A stretch of 64,000 nucleotides of DNA from Patescibacteria group bacterium. Its GTDB lineage: Bacteria; Patescibacteriota; Minisyncoccia; Minisyncoccales; UBA10102. The notes under the pieces were generated by a model. It was not told the origin of the DNA. It did no database searches and saw nothing but the letters and a program-made list of their open reading frames with translations. The DNA is taken from NCBI GenBank assembly GCA_024239055.1, contig JANBVJ010000002.1:3874-67873 (forward strand), read 5' to 3'. Below, piece by piece: positions 1 to 8,471 of this stretch (within the stretch, counting starts at the first letter, position 1; the number at the start of each line of letters is the position of its first letter). A program made the translations under genes and the position numbers.

Positions 1-75
1 ATCTGGTACTTTGCCAGTCTTACCACACATGTAGCACTTTACTGACTGAACCCATTTTGCTTTATGTTTAGTCAT
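1..75 (-). CDS. partial CDS (5' end only, continues past left window edge), small Cys-containing protein
   Basis: ATG at 75..73 forms an ATGA overlap with the stop of 72..623; reads MTKHKAKWVQSVKCYMCGKTGKVPD to the edge. Confidence 0.35.
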   Translation of the reverse strand, partial: MTKHKAKWVQSVKCYMCGKTGKVPD

Positions 76-614
76 CCTCTTTTTGCGTTTCCTTGCTGTA
101 GGTATAATGCTACTGCTTTTTTATCTGGTGGTAATGAACTAAAACCTTGCCCAAATAGTCCAGAAGAAATTGAATCAATATCAGTTGTTTTGCTTTGTGC
201 TACTGCTTTGAGTGTACATGAATCTAACTTTACATTTTGACCACTTAGATTAATTCCTCCAACCTGACCAGTGTTCGGATTAACTGATACTGGATGGCAT
301 TGTCCTAGTTGTCCTTTTGCTTCTGTTTTAATATCTGATAATACTGCTCTGCCTGCAATCTTCGCACCTGACTTTGTTGCACTACCAAGTCCCCTAAGAA
401 TTCCTTTTCCTGCTCCTTCTACAAGTGGTGTACCGATTGATGATACAGTTTTTCCTGCTCCTACTGCAACACCTTTTGCAATTCCTGATGCAACTGCCTT
501 TGTTCCTAGTGCAAGTCCACCTGTTACAATTCCAATCTGCCTTCGTTCTTTGTGAACTAATCTTTTTTGTCTTATTGGATGAAAGTTTCCTTTTCTATCT
601 TTGAATCCTTTCAA
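72..614 (-). CDS. KGFKD-leader family protein, solitary distal member with Gly/Ala/Lys-rich C-terminal region
   Basis: ORF track 72..623 starts at GTG. TTG at 614 gives MKGFKDRKGNFHPIRQKR, matches the family and makes a TTGA overlap with ORF 611..781. AGGTGG lies about 6 nt upstream. Confidence 0.65.
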   Translation of the reverse strand: MKGFKDRKGNFHPIRQKRLVHKERRQIGIVTGGLALGTKAVASGIAKGVAVGAGKTVSSIGTPLVEGAGKGILRGLGSATKSGAKIAGRAVLSDIKTEAKGQLGQCHPVSVNPNTGQVGGINLSGQNVKLDSCTLKAVAQSKTTDIDSISSGLFGQGFSSLPPDKKAVALYLQQGNAKRG

Positions 615-781
615 TGAGTCCACCTAATGTTAGCACGATCTAATTTTTCTGCCATATCTTTTTTTATTGAATAACCATTTTCCAGAACCATTTTTAGTAA
701 AATTCTGATATTCCTTCTCAAAGTCATAGGATAAACATTTGCAATTTTAGCAATTTCATTCTGAGAAATAAAATCATTCAA
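611..781 (-). CDS. small helix-turn-helix protein (56 aa, below ORF-track cutoff)
   Basis: TTG start in TTGA overlap with stop of 778..966; MNDFISQNEIAKIANVYPMTLRRNIRILLKMVLENGYSIKKDMAEKLDRANIRWTH has an HTH-like core. Confidence 0.45.
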   Translation of the reverse strand: MNDFISQNEIAKIANVYPMTLRRNIRILLKMVLENGYSIKKDMAEKLDRANIRWTH

Positions 782-966
782 GCAGATAACCCTCTACAAT
801 TATGACAAAGTAACCAGCAAGTATCAGGACTTGCTTCATCAGCACACGTAGGGCATTTATGTTCAAGTTTTTTGAAATAAAGTACAAAGCCTAATTCTTT
901 TCCACATTTTTCACAGATTATGACTTCTTCCTCTTCAACTGTTGGTTGTTTTTGTAATCCACTCAT
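778..966 (-). CDS. small zinc-ribbon protein
   Basis: CEKCGK...CPTC...CHNC cysteine pairs; 4-nt overlap with upstream gene. Confidence 0.5.
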   Translation of the reverse strand: MSGLQKQPTVEEEEVIICEKCGKELGFVLYFKKLEHKCPTCADEASPDTCWLLCHNCRGLSA

Positions 967-1616
967 ACAAATCCTCTCAATCTAGAATTTTCATACATTT
1001 TTACTGCAATAAAGAATAGAAGTATAATGAATATGACTCCTAACGCAAAAGTAAATAACAAATCTGATTTTTCTACAGTAAGTGGATCATCTCCGAATGC
1101 TTTTGTATGCTCGAAAATTCCTACCATATTTAGCCATTCTAACTGATCTGGAATCTCTATACCTCTTCCTACATAGTAAAAAACATCTATAATTCCTGTA
1201 GATAGCAGAATCAGAGGCACTAATCCCCACAATATTATGATGAAGATTCTAAGTCCTGTGAATTTTCTTTTTCTAATTGCAATTGTTAGAAATCTAAATC
1301 CGGCAAATCCTAATGGAATTACAATGAATTGAACCATTAATAATTGCCAGTAAACGTTTCCAATCTCAATTTGTGCATCAGAATCAAGGTTCATCCTTTC
1401 TCTAATAATCTGACAAAAATTCTCTTGGTTTGATGGGAAGCAAGTTTCAATTGCTAATCCTACATAGGAATCAAAAATTTCTATATCTGTGTAAACTACA
1501 AGACCAGTAATTAATACTGTAATGAAAAATAATCCTACTAATTCAGCAAAGATTGAGGCATTTTCAGTAACAACTTGTGACATCTCATCTTCATTCTTTG
1601 TTGAAAAATCTTGCAA
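963..1616 (-). CDS. integral membrane protein
   Basis: 217-aa ORF with several long hydrophobic segments (e.g. LVGLFFITVLITGLVVY, IFIIILWGLVPLILLSTGII, FALGVIFIILLFFIAV). Confidence 0.6.
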   Translation of the reverse strand: MQDFSTKNEDEMSQVVTENASIFAELVGLFFITVLITGLVVYTDIEIFDSYVGLAIETCFPSNQENFCQIIRERMNLDSDAQIEIGNVYWQLLMVQFIVIPLGFAGFRFLTIAIRKRKFTGLRIFIIILWGLVPLILLSTGIIDVFYYVGRGIEIPDQLEWLNMVGIFEHTKAFGDDPLTVEKSDLLFTFALGVIFIILLFFIAVKMYENSRLRGFV

Positions 1617-2010
1617 AAATTACCTGTCTTGCATTAATGAAGATTATGAAAGTTCCAAAGAGTAGATAGTAACCTAGCCATGCATTAATATCTGAATTAT
1701 TAAAGTTGTAATCAAATAATACAATTTGTACTACAAAGTACATTCCTATGAGGAAAATTATAATTAGTAAAACAACAGGTATGGTTGATTCCTTATCTCT
1801 TTTACGTAATGCAAGTCCTTCTATCAATGCCAATAATGTTACAATCAAAGTCACGTAGAGAAATAGAATTTGTTCAGCACTAAAAAGTGCATTAATATCA
1901 TAAGGAAATGGTAATGATGATCTAATAAGTTGTAAACCTAGAAGTAATGCTAGAATTAAAGATGCAATCTTGAATAGGGCTATCGAATAGAACTTTACTG
2001 GTGTGGTCAT
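1591..2010 (-). CDS. integral membrane protein
   Basis: 139 aa with four hydrophobic stretches; start may lie downstream of the overlap with 963..1616. Confidence 0.55.
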   Translation of the reverse strand: MTTPVKFYSIALFKIASLILALLLGLQLIRSSLPFPYDINALFSAEQILFLYVTLIVTLLALIEGLALRKRDKESTIPVVLLIIIFLIGMYFVVQIVLFDYNFNNSDINAWLGYYLLFGTFIIFINARQVIFARFFNKE

Positions 2011-2035
2011 CTTACTACAATGTAAAATAGACTAA

Positions 2036-2218
2036 CTATAAGAGAGTATTTTGTTTAAAAAACAAGATTAATCTGACAAAAATTCCTTCTGGTTCTTCTG
2101 GTTCTTCGAATAAATCCGATACTGTGATTACCCATAATGTGATTACAACAAAAAGTAAAATTACTAAAATCCCAAGTCTTTTTGTGTTTGGTTTTTCAGG
2201 ATATTCTTCATCTTCCAT
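2036..2218 (-). CDS. small membrane protein
   Basis: Acidic N-terminus then hydrophobic helix LGILVILLFVVITLWVITV. Confidence 0.4.
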   Translation of the reverse strand: MEDEEYPEKPNTKRLGILVILLFVVITLWVITVSDLFEEPEEPEGIFVRLILFFKQNTLL

Positions 2219-2661
2219 TAGTAGTAGAAGAAAATTAAAAGTCCTATTATAAGTAATGATAATACTACAAAAATCATGATGTGAATTGCAATTCTTTTTA
2301 TCAATGAGATCGCAATTATTACTGCAATTGCTCCTGCAACAAGGAACAAAATAAATTCGTCAACATGAACAGGAGAAAGAAATTGTATCAAGTCCTCAGC
2401 AAAACCATGTGATGTTTTTAGAAGATCAATACCACTTCCCACCATATCAAGTCCACTATCTTTGAGGTTTTCTGTTTCTGTCTCAGTTGCATTTAGTAAA
2501 TTCGGATCTGAAAAATCTAATTCCTCTGTAAATTCATCTACAATTGTTTCTATTCCACCTTCGATGAATTCTTCGATCTGCTCTGACTGTGCGTAGGCAG
2601 AGGGAATCAATAGTGACACGTACACGATTGATAGAATCAGAATCGCTAGAACTTTCTCCAC
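2218..2661 (-). CDS. secreted or membrane-anchored acidic protein
   Basis: Signal-peptide-like MEKVLAILILSIVYVSLLIPSAYAQ, acidic middle, C-terminal hydrophobic helices. Confidence 0.55.
   Translation of the reverse strand: MEKVLAILILSIVYVSLLIPSAYAQSEQIEEFIEGGIETIVDEFTEELDFSDPNLLNATETETENLKDSGLDMVGSGIDLLKTSHGFAEDLIQFLSPVHVDEFILFLVAGAIAVIIAISLIKRIAIHIMIFVVLSLLIIGLLIFFYY
2615..2624 (-). promoter_or_regulatory. GACACGTACA motif copy (within 5' coding end of 2218..2661, next to the divergent junction)
   Basis: Exact 10-mer, flanked caatagt|GACACGTACA|cgattgatag. Confidence 0.45.
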
Positions 2662-2694
2662 AGTAAAAAATGCAAAGCGTTACTAATAAAAAGA

Positions 2695-3225
2695 TTGAAA
2701 AGTGTTATTTTCTTGAGAGAGTTTTGTGTTATACAGATGAAGGCTAGGAGAAGTGAGATTGACAGCATGATCAATCTATTACTGTATTCATTTCGTAATG
2801 GAAAAAATCTTCCATTCATAATTCCAACAAAAAGTTGCCCTGACCTCAAGCCTTCAAAGAAAGAAAAAAGAAAATCTTGTAAGAAAAGACACTCAGAGAT
2901 TATAATAGAGTCGTATCTATCGGAAGAAAAAAAATTTCATTTAAAGTATTATGGAATGCATACTTCAAAGGATGTGTATGAGTTTGATCAAGATCAATTG
3001 CTTGTAAAACAAATGATAAAAAATAGTCTTAAAAAGAAAAAATATGGTGGTAAAACACTATTGGAAATTAGAAATGTGAAAAAACTCTTGAAGAAAATCG
3101 ATACTGATAGGATAAAACAAATTAACTTTAGGCTTTCTGAGAAGGAAAAGAAGAGTATTACTGCTAAAGCCGAAAAAAGAAATCTAGAAATTTCAGACTA
3201 TATTAGAATGAAATTATTTTCTTAG
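2695..3225 (+). CDS. ribbon-helix-helix (MobC/CopG-like C-terminus) protein
   Basis: One of few plus-strand ORFs. C-terminus INFRLSEKEKKSITAKAEKRNLEISDYIRMKL fits the RHH pattern. True start may be ATG at 2737. Confidence 0.5.
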   Translation: MKSVIFLREFCVIQMKARRSEIDSMINLLLYSFRNGKNLPFIIPTKSCPDLKPSKKEKRKSCKKRHSEIIIESYLSEEKKFHLKYYGMHTSKDVYEFDQDQLLVKQMIKNSLKKKKYGGKTLLEIRNVKKLLKKIDTDRIKQINFRLSEKEKKSITAKAEKRNLEISDYIRMKLFS

Positions 3226-3457
3226 TATCGTTGATTCCTCTATTGTTTGTAAATTCAATTCCTTGAATATTTGTTCTAATGTATTCAATGTCTCCCTGTC
3301 TCCCTGTCTCCCTAAGAAATGTGATTACTAATATAGGTTCTCATAGACACACCATGATTGAAAAAATGCATTTCTAGATCGCTTTTGAGTTGAAAAGAAA
3401 AAGTGCAGTTGGGATATGGGCACATGTGCTTGCCTCCACAACATTTGCATTGTTTTT

Positions 3458-3679
3458 TCAAAGTGCTGGAATTGAAACTTCTTTAGTTACCTCTTGAGTT
3501 TGAGTTTGATTTTGAGATAATATTTCTAAGGAAGTCAACTCCAAACATTCATGTGCACATTGAGCATCATGATCTCTGATTGGTTTGTTACAATTTGTAC
3601 AGTTTATTTTATCTTCCCCAAAACCCATTGTTTTGACATCTATTACAGTTCTTTGATGAAGATTCATTGACCATACCAC
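3458..3679 (-). CDS. zinc-finger protein
   Basis: CTNCNKPIRDHDAQCAHEC cysteine/histidine cluster. Confidence 0.4.
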   Translation of the reverse strand: MVWSMNLHQRTVIDVKTMGFGEDKINCTNCNKPIRDHDAQCAHECLELTSLEILSQNQTQTQEVTKEVSIPAL

Positions 3680-3828
3680 AATTTTTACAAACCTTCATTT
3701 CCAATCAAATAGTTTTTAATTTTCCTCTGCCATGTTCATGATTATTTTTGATATGAAGTGATAATGCAATTACATTGTCTTTCATCTCACCTAAATTTTT
3801 TCCACAATAATCACAAATTGCATCAAAG

Positions 3829-4035
3829 TCAGACATCAATCTCACTTTGTAAAATTCTAACTTTTCTTAGCATCTCATCTCTCATATCTCTGAGAATTCT
3901 TCTAATTGTTGGTCTTGGAACTCCTGTTTCTTCTATTACTTTGTGAATAATTTCATCTTTGTTTGTCAGACCTGCATCAAGAAGTCTTTCAACTTCATGA
4001 ACTACTTTATCTGTTTGATTTGTTTTTCTCATCAT
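3829..4035 (-). CDS. small HTH DNA-binding protein (paralogue of 23408..23662)
   Basis: IIHKVIEETGVPRPTIRRILRDMRDEML aligns with VVNEIGIPRPTVRRIAKLLRDELL in 23408..23662. Confidence 0.55.
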   Translation of the reverse strand: MMRKTNQTDKVVHEVERLLDAGLTNKDEIIHKVIEETGVPRPTIRRILRDMRDEMLRKVRILQSEIDV

Positions 4036-4036
4036 T

Positions 4037-4192
4037 TTAGATACAGATCTTATCCCAACAATTCATACAGTAATGTTTACCAGATTGATTTCTTTGAACC
4101 ATTACTGTTTCCCCGACTAGAAGTTCCTTTCCACATTTTCTACATTCTCTATCTTCCATTCTGATTCTAGGAGTAATTGTAACTTGTTTCAA
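4037..4192 (-). CDS. small zinc-ribbon protein (51 aa, not in ORF track)
   Basis: Hand translation: TTG start in TTGA overlap; ...ECRKCGKELL...HYCMNCWDKICI; alternative ATG at 4159. Confidence 0.4.
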   Translation of the reverse strand: MKQVTITPRIRMEDRECRKCGKELLVGETVMVQRNQSGKHYCMNCWDKICI

Positions 4193-4305
4193 GTTATTCT
4201 TCTCCCACACCTATGACAAATTGTTACTGTTGGTTGTCCGTTCATATCATTAGCGATTATAACACAATGTTCCTCTGCATGACAGTTTACACAGTATTTT
4301 TTCAT
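4189..4305 (-). CDS. small zinc-ribbon protein (38 aa, not in ORF track)
   Basis: ATGA overlap; MKKYCVNCHAEEHCVIIANDMNGQPTVTICHRCGRRIT. Confidence 0.4.
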   Translation of the reverse strand: MKKYCVNCHAEEHCVIIANDMNGQPTVTICHRCGRRIT

Positions 4306-4421
4306 TTCTTTCTTAACTCCTTCAACTCCTTGCAATCATATCTAATATGATAAAGGAATTCTGTAAAATCAAATTTTTTTCTGTTTGTACAAAGTGGGCA
4401 ATGTTTCCTTCTCTGTGTCAT
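4302..4421 (-). CDS. small Cys/His protein (39 aa, not in ORF track)
   Basis: ATGA overlap; MTQRRKHCPLCTNRKKFDFTEFLYHIRYDCKELKELRKK. Confidence 0.4.
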   Translation of the reverse strand: MTQRRKHCPLCTNRKKFDFTEFLYHIRYDCKELKELRKK

Positions 4422-4582
4422 TTTTCCCATTTCCTTTTTAGATCATCTATTGTAGGTGGTGATTTGTTTTCTGCTGATCTTCCTTGATGCTTTCTCCCAA
4501 AACACTCAAAGCAAAGTATCTGTCCTTTTTCCTGAACCAATTCAACATCACTTGTTAAACAGGAATGGCAAAGTCCTTTCAT
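4418..4582 (-). CDS. small zinc-ribbon protein (54 aa, not in ORF track)
   Basis: TAATG overlap with 4582..4860; MKGLCHSCLTSDVELVQEKGQILCFECFGRKH... Confidence 0.45.
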   Translation of the reverse strand: MKGLCHSCLTSDVELVQEKGQILCFECFGRKHQGRSAENKSPPTIDDLKRKWEK

Positions 4583-4860
4583 TATACTTCTACTTCCTTA
4601 ATTGTTTTACATTGATATTCCCAATTTGTAGTTGGAATTGGTTTTTTTGCTTTCACAAATTTACCAGTTGAGATATTTTTATCGAACCTCGCTTGAATTT
4701 CATCAACTGTTTCACCATGACAGATGCAATTATGACATTGAGGACATTCTTTTGTTCCAATTTTTAATGTAATATAATGAATGCACCATTCGCTATCCTC
4801 AAGAAATGATGTAAACCCACAGTCTTTACAAGTTACTTGGTGCTTGATCATTTTCCCCAT
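4582..4860 (-). CDS. zinc-ribbon protein
   Basis: VTCKDCGF...CPQCHNCICHG; second ATG at 4851 would give an ATGA overlap with 4848..4946. Confidence 0.5.
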   Translation of the reverse strand: MGKMIKHQVTCKDCGFTSFLEDSEWCIHYITLKIGTKECPQCHNCICHGETVDEIQARFDKNISTGKFVKAKKPIPTTNWEYQCKTIKEVEV

Positions 4861-4946
4861 GCTTCATGACCTCCACATTGTCTACAAGTAATTGTTCTAT
4901 CACTGTTAATTATCATGTGATTAGAATTGCAGTCATGACAGTTCAT
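4848..4946 (-). CDS. mini zinc-ribbon protein (32 aa, not in ORF track)
   Basis: ATGA overlap with 4943..5248; MNCHDCNSNHMIINSDRTITCRQCGGHEAWGK. Confidence 0.35.
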   Translation of the reverse strand: MNCHDCNSNHMIINSDRTITCRQCGGHEAWGK

Positions 4947-5248
4947 GTTAGATCACCATATTTTATTTTCACAAGTCTTTCATATCTGGTACAACCTTCT
5001 TCCCCTAATGCCTCTACACATATTTTGTAGTCATCAATAGTTAATTTTTCCATTAATTTCCTATCTGCTGTACTCAGTTCTTCTACAACTAGAAGATCAA
5101 TTATTTTCTGTTGGTTCACTATAATTTCACTTACTTGAGTATTGATCATATAGAAATTGAATGTAGTTGTAGCCTGAAATACAATTAGAATTGCAACTAT
5201 TCCTGTGAAAAAAAGACCTCCTGAACTCATTCTCATTTTCAATGACAA
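4943..5248 (-). CDS. membrane-anchored protein
   Basis: N-terminal hydrophobic helix GGLFFTGIVAILIVFQATTTF; start probably TTG at 5242 (TTGA overlap). Confidence 0.45.
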   Translation of the reverse strand: MSLKMRMSSGGLFFTGIVAILIVFQATTTFNFYMINTQVSEIIVNQQKIIDLLVVEELSTADRKLMEKLTIDDYKICVEALGEEGCTRYERLVKIKYGDLT

Positions 5249-5587
5249 TTACACTCGCATTCACAATCTATTGGATCTCCATGATGTCTTATTCCTTGTA
5301 ATGTTCTATACTTGCATTCTTTACTATGAATCATTTTTTTTCTCCACGAGTGGACATTGTTCTAATATTTTGAAATAGATGAAAGCAACTTCTTTACATC
5401 TTTGATTAGTATGTTTTTCAAAAACTTCATTACAATATGGACAAGTATCTTTTTCAATGCCCATTTTTAATTTCTCCCCATGTTATTCTAATTCCTAGTA
5501 AATGTAAGATGTGATGTCCTCCCCAATTCCTATAGAAAATACTCCAACCACACTCACATGTCTGCTTTAGATTATGAATAAAAATTC

Positions 5588-5854
5588 TCATTTTGTATTC
5601 CTTAATTTAATGTACATCAATATTGTTAATCCGTTTATTGCTATTGCTGTAGCAATAAAAATTACAATTAAAATTACCATTCGTTCTGGATAAGGATGCC
5701 AAGTCATCATATCAAGATGATAATTTGTTGTGTAAATTGTAAAGAGATCTATAAACACTGCACCAAATATTGCAATTCCTAAAGCAATTTTTTTAAGAAA
5801 TTTTTGATCTTCTTCTAACCTCTGTAATTCATACTCATACCAATTCCAATTCAT
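5588..5854 (-). CDS. small membrane protein (two hydrophobic helices)
   Basis: IALGIAIFGAVFIDLFTIY and MVILIVIFIATAIAINGLTILMYI. Confidence 0.45.
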   Translation of the reverse strand: MNWNWYEYELQRLEEDQKFLKKIALGIAIFGAVFIDLFTIYTTNYHLDMMTWHPYPERMVILIVIFIATAIAINGLTILMYIKLRNTK

Positions 5855-5966
5855 TTATCATCTTTCTCCAATACTTTGCGAACACGATCAATTGTTTTTT
5901 TATCTGCTTTGATATGGATATTGAGTTTTTCACCAACAATATAATCAATCTTTAATTTTTTAATAG

Positions 5967-6197
5967 TCATTTCTTTAATGCCTCATTGACCTTAGCAAGT
6001 TCATTTCTAACCCACATTATTCCAGATACATATCCTGCATTTGAGGCTTCTACTAATCCATGAAGATCACTTGGAGAGTTTTCCATTTCTTTTAATGATC
6101 TTAGAACTTCTTTTTCCATCATAATCTCAATAACTTCTAATGCATCTTTGTTACTGTATAATTCTAAAATTTCTTCTACTGAATGATATTGTTTCAT
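5967..6197 (-). CDS. hypothetical protein
   Basis: 76-aa ORF in the co-directional chain, 4-nt overlap with upstream gene. Confidence 0.4.
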   Translation of the reverse strand: MKQYHSVEEILELYSNKDALEVIEIMMEKEVLRSLKEMENSPSDLHGLVEASNAGYVSGIMWVRNELAKVNEALKK

Positions 6198-6415
6198 TTA
6201 TCATCTTTCTCCCAAACTTTTTTTTCTGGAAATTCACCTCTGTAAAAGAACCAAAAATAAGAATTACCTCTATCAACAATTGGAATGATTTGCCCTATAC
6301 GAAATTTTTTTGGTGCATCGCTTTGTGCTTGTAAGACTTTGTTTAATTGCTCTTCATTAGTTCCATATTGACCTTGAAATGAAACAGATTTGGCTTTAAC
6401 ATCAATAAAATTCAT
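6194..6415 (-). CDS. hypothetical protein
   Basis: 73-aa ORF, overlaps neighbours by 4 nt on both sides. Confidence 0.4.
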   Translation of the reverse strand: MNFIDVKAKSVSFQGQYGTNEEQLNKVLQAQSDAPKKFRIGQIIPIVDRGNSYFWFFYRGEFPEKKVWEKDDK

Positions 6416-6735
6416 TTTCTAGTCATCTTTCCTCCTTCATTTGTTTTCTTTTTATTAACATAGTTTGATTCAATTTTTTTCAACATTGCAACATCAATGT
6501 CTGCCTTTGGTCTCATAGCCATTATTTGGAAAAAGAAATGTAAAAGATCTGCTCCTTCTTCTGAAACTTCCTCATCAGACTTTCCCTGCCAAATTGCATC
6601 TAACATTTCAGATCCTTCTTGAACCATCCTACTATGCAGATAGAATAATTCTTGATTGTATCCTTTTTCCTTTGCAAGTTTACCAACTTTCAGTTGATAG
6701 TCTTTCAGATTCATTTTATTTTTGAATAGATTCAT
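6412..6735 (-). CDS. MazG-like nucleoside triphosphate pyrophosphohydrolase
   Basis: LKDYQ...VQEGSEMLDA...EEGADLLHFFFQIMAM...KKIESNYVNK fits the four-helix MazG pattern with acidic metal-binding residues. Confidence 0.6.
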   Translation of the reverse strand: MNLFKNKMNLKDYQLKVGKLAKEKGYNQELFYLHSRMVQEGSEMLDAIWQGKSDEEVSEEGADLLHFFFQIMAMRPKADIDVAMLKKIESNYVNKKKTNEGGKMTRK

Positions 6736-6920
6736 TTCCCTTCCTGTTTTAATTCATAGAAAAATTGTTGGCATTTCATTCCTTCTGCAAGAGTAGGATG
6801 ATATTCCTTACAGTTTGCATCCCAATAACATCTCCTACAAATTTGATGTTTGATGCACCAACCACACTTGCAAAATTTGTGACCAAAAAGAATGCATTTC
6901 CAGTTCTTTGTCAAATCCAT
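6732..6920 (-). CDS. cysteine-rich small protein
   Basis: CILFGHKFCKCGWCIKHQICRRCYWDANC. Confidence 0.45.
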   Translation of the reverse strand: MDLTKNWKCILFGHKFCKCGWCIKHQICRRCYWDANCKEYHPTLAEGMKCQQFFYELKQEGK

Positions 6921-7086
6921 ATCATCCCTTGTTTTCTTGCACAGTCTCTACAAATTATTCCCATACCTGTAATTATTAATTTTTGATCTGTTCTAAGGCA
7001 ACCAATACATTGATTCTCTGGTCTGTGCTTATGGCATAAGTAATCAATTTCTGGATAACAATCCTCACAACCCACTTTATTTTCAT

Positions 7087-7410
7087 TCATTTCTTATTTT
7101 TTATCTCCTTGAGAATTATTCCATCATTACAGTCGTGATGAAAGTGAATTTTTATGTGTTCATAACAATATGATCCAGTGCAAATTGGACATTGGTTTTT
7201 AGGATTCTCTTGACAACCAAAAATTCCACATATAAGTCCATTCTTTGATTCATTAGACCATTTCTGAACCTTGTCATAGAGTTCTTTAGGATCAATTTCA
7301 TCAATGTTTACTTCCTCTCTTCCATGACCAACATAAATTTCAGCATCTTCTGGAATTTTTTTCATAATCTTTTTGAATTTTTTTAGAGTATCCGAATCTT
7401 TAATGATCAT
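7087..7410 (-). CDS. zinc-finger protein
   Basis: CGIFGCQENPKNQCPICTGSYCYEHIKIHFHHDC. Confidence 0.5.
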   Translation of the reverse strand: MIIKDSDTLKKFKKIMKKIPEDAEIYVGHGREEVNIDEIDPKELYDKVQKWSNESKNGLICGIFGCQENPKNQCPICTGSYCYEHIKIHFHHDCNDGIILKEIKNKK

Positions 7411-7646
7411 TTTTTTGGAATCTCCATTTTTCTTTTATGGGCTATCATTGCACTAGCCATTAAATGATGTAAAATATTACATTGATCACATTCAGAAGCG
7501 TGTTGTCCTGTTTCAATGCCTTTTTGCAATCCCATCATAGTAATTCCATCCTCAATTTTTAGTTCTTCTAAGACTTTAATTGCAAATCTTTTTGACTGTT
7601 CAAAATTTTTTCTTGTAATTACAATATGTTCTTCTTCTTCACTCAA
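7407..7646 (-). CDS. hypothetical protein
   Basis: 79-aa ORF, 4-nt overlap downstream. Confidence 0.4.
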   Translation of the reverse strand: MSEEEEHIVITRKNFEQSKRFAIKVLEELKIEDGITMMGLQKGIETGQHASECDQCNILHHLMASAMIAHKRKMEIPKK

Positions 7647-8313
7647 CTATTGTTACACCTCTATTGATATTGTCTGCACATGAATTGTACATTGGTGACT
7701 TTGGAAAATGTTTTAGTGCTCTTTGTAATGCCTTTCTATAACAATATTTTTGATGAAAAATTCTATCAACCTTTCCAGATACAAAAAAATCAGTTAGTTC
7801 TGGTTTCATTTTAATTATATTGCTCCTTTTTGTTTTTCCAAGTTTCCTTGTTTGCATATCTGGATTTTTGAATTTATTAGGCATGTACATTCTAATTGTA
7901 ACTTCATTAAGTAATCCAAGTTTTTCGAAATCTTTTGTTATTGAATTACATACATCAGGAATATGAATACCTTTGTGCAAATATGGAACTGATAACCAAC
8001 CAAAAAATTCTTTTTTTCCGAGATTAGTCAAACCTTTGAAATATAGTTCAAACTTCTCTTGATCTCTAATTACAACATTTTTTATCATTGGTTTTATAAA
8101 TTCGAAAATCTCTACATTTGGATTTATCTGTGGTTTTTCTTTAACTACTAAATTCTTATATTTTGATACAAATTTTCTTATTTTATTTGCATCCCAATTT
8201 TTCGGAAGGATTCTTCTAAATTCTAATTCTTTTAAAATTTCATTATAAGATAATTTTTTTATTCGTAATGATATTATTGTTTTAAGTAAAAAAATTCTTT
8301 CATCTAATCTCAC
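7639..8313 (-). CDS. hypothetical protein
   Basis: 224-aa ORF, basic, no motif recognised. Confidence 0.45.
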   Translation of the reverse strand: MRLDERIFLLKTIISLRIKKLSYNEILKELEFRRILPKNWDANKIRKFVSKYKNLVVKEKPQINPNVEIFEFIKPMIKNVVIRDQEKFELYFKGLTNLGKKEFFGWLSVPYLHKGIHIPDVCNSITKDFEKLGLLNEVTIRMYMPNKFKNPDMQTRKLGKTKRSNIIKMKPELTDFFVSGKVDRIFHQKYCYRKALQRALKHFPKSPMYNSCADNINRGVTIVE

Positions 8314-8471
8314 TTTACTAACTTCACCTCAACAATATCGTCATTTTTTAAATAATGATCAATTGTATCTAAAACGGTTTTATCCCAAACATAGTCTGAA
8401 TCAAATTTCATTACTGATACATCCTTTGTTCCATCTTTAGTTTTGATTTTAATGAATAACTCTCCCATTTT

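Noticed and set aside
271-555. Plus-strand ORFs lying inside longer minus-strand genes (e.g. 271..555, 17915..18310, 26388..26810, 40155..40544, 55665..56027, 57870..58319, 61652..61981)
   Set aside because: Each is fully antisense to a longer ORF that has recognisable motifs or belongs to the coupled minus-strand chain. Their products are low-complexity S/L/F-rich, as expected for shadow frames in AT-rich DNA.
3289-3312. Micro-tandem repeat tgtctccc x3
   Set aside because: Only 24 bp in an intergenic stretch, not repeated elsewhere. Too short to interpret; possibly slippage.
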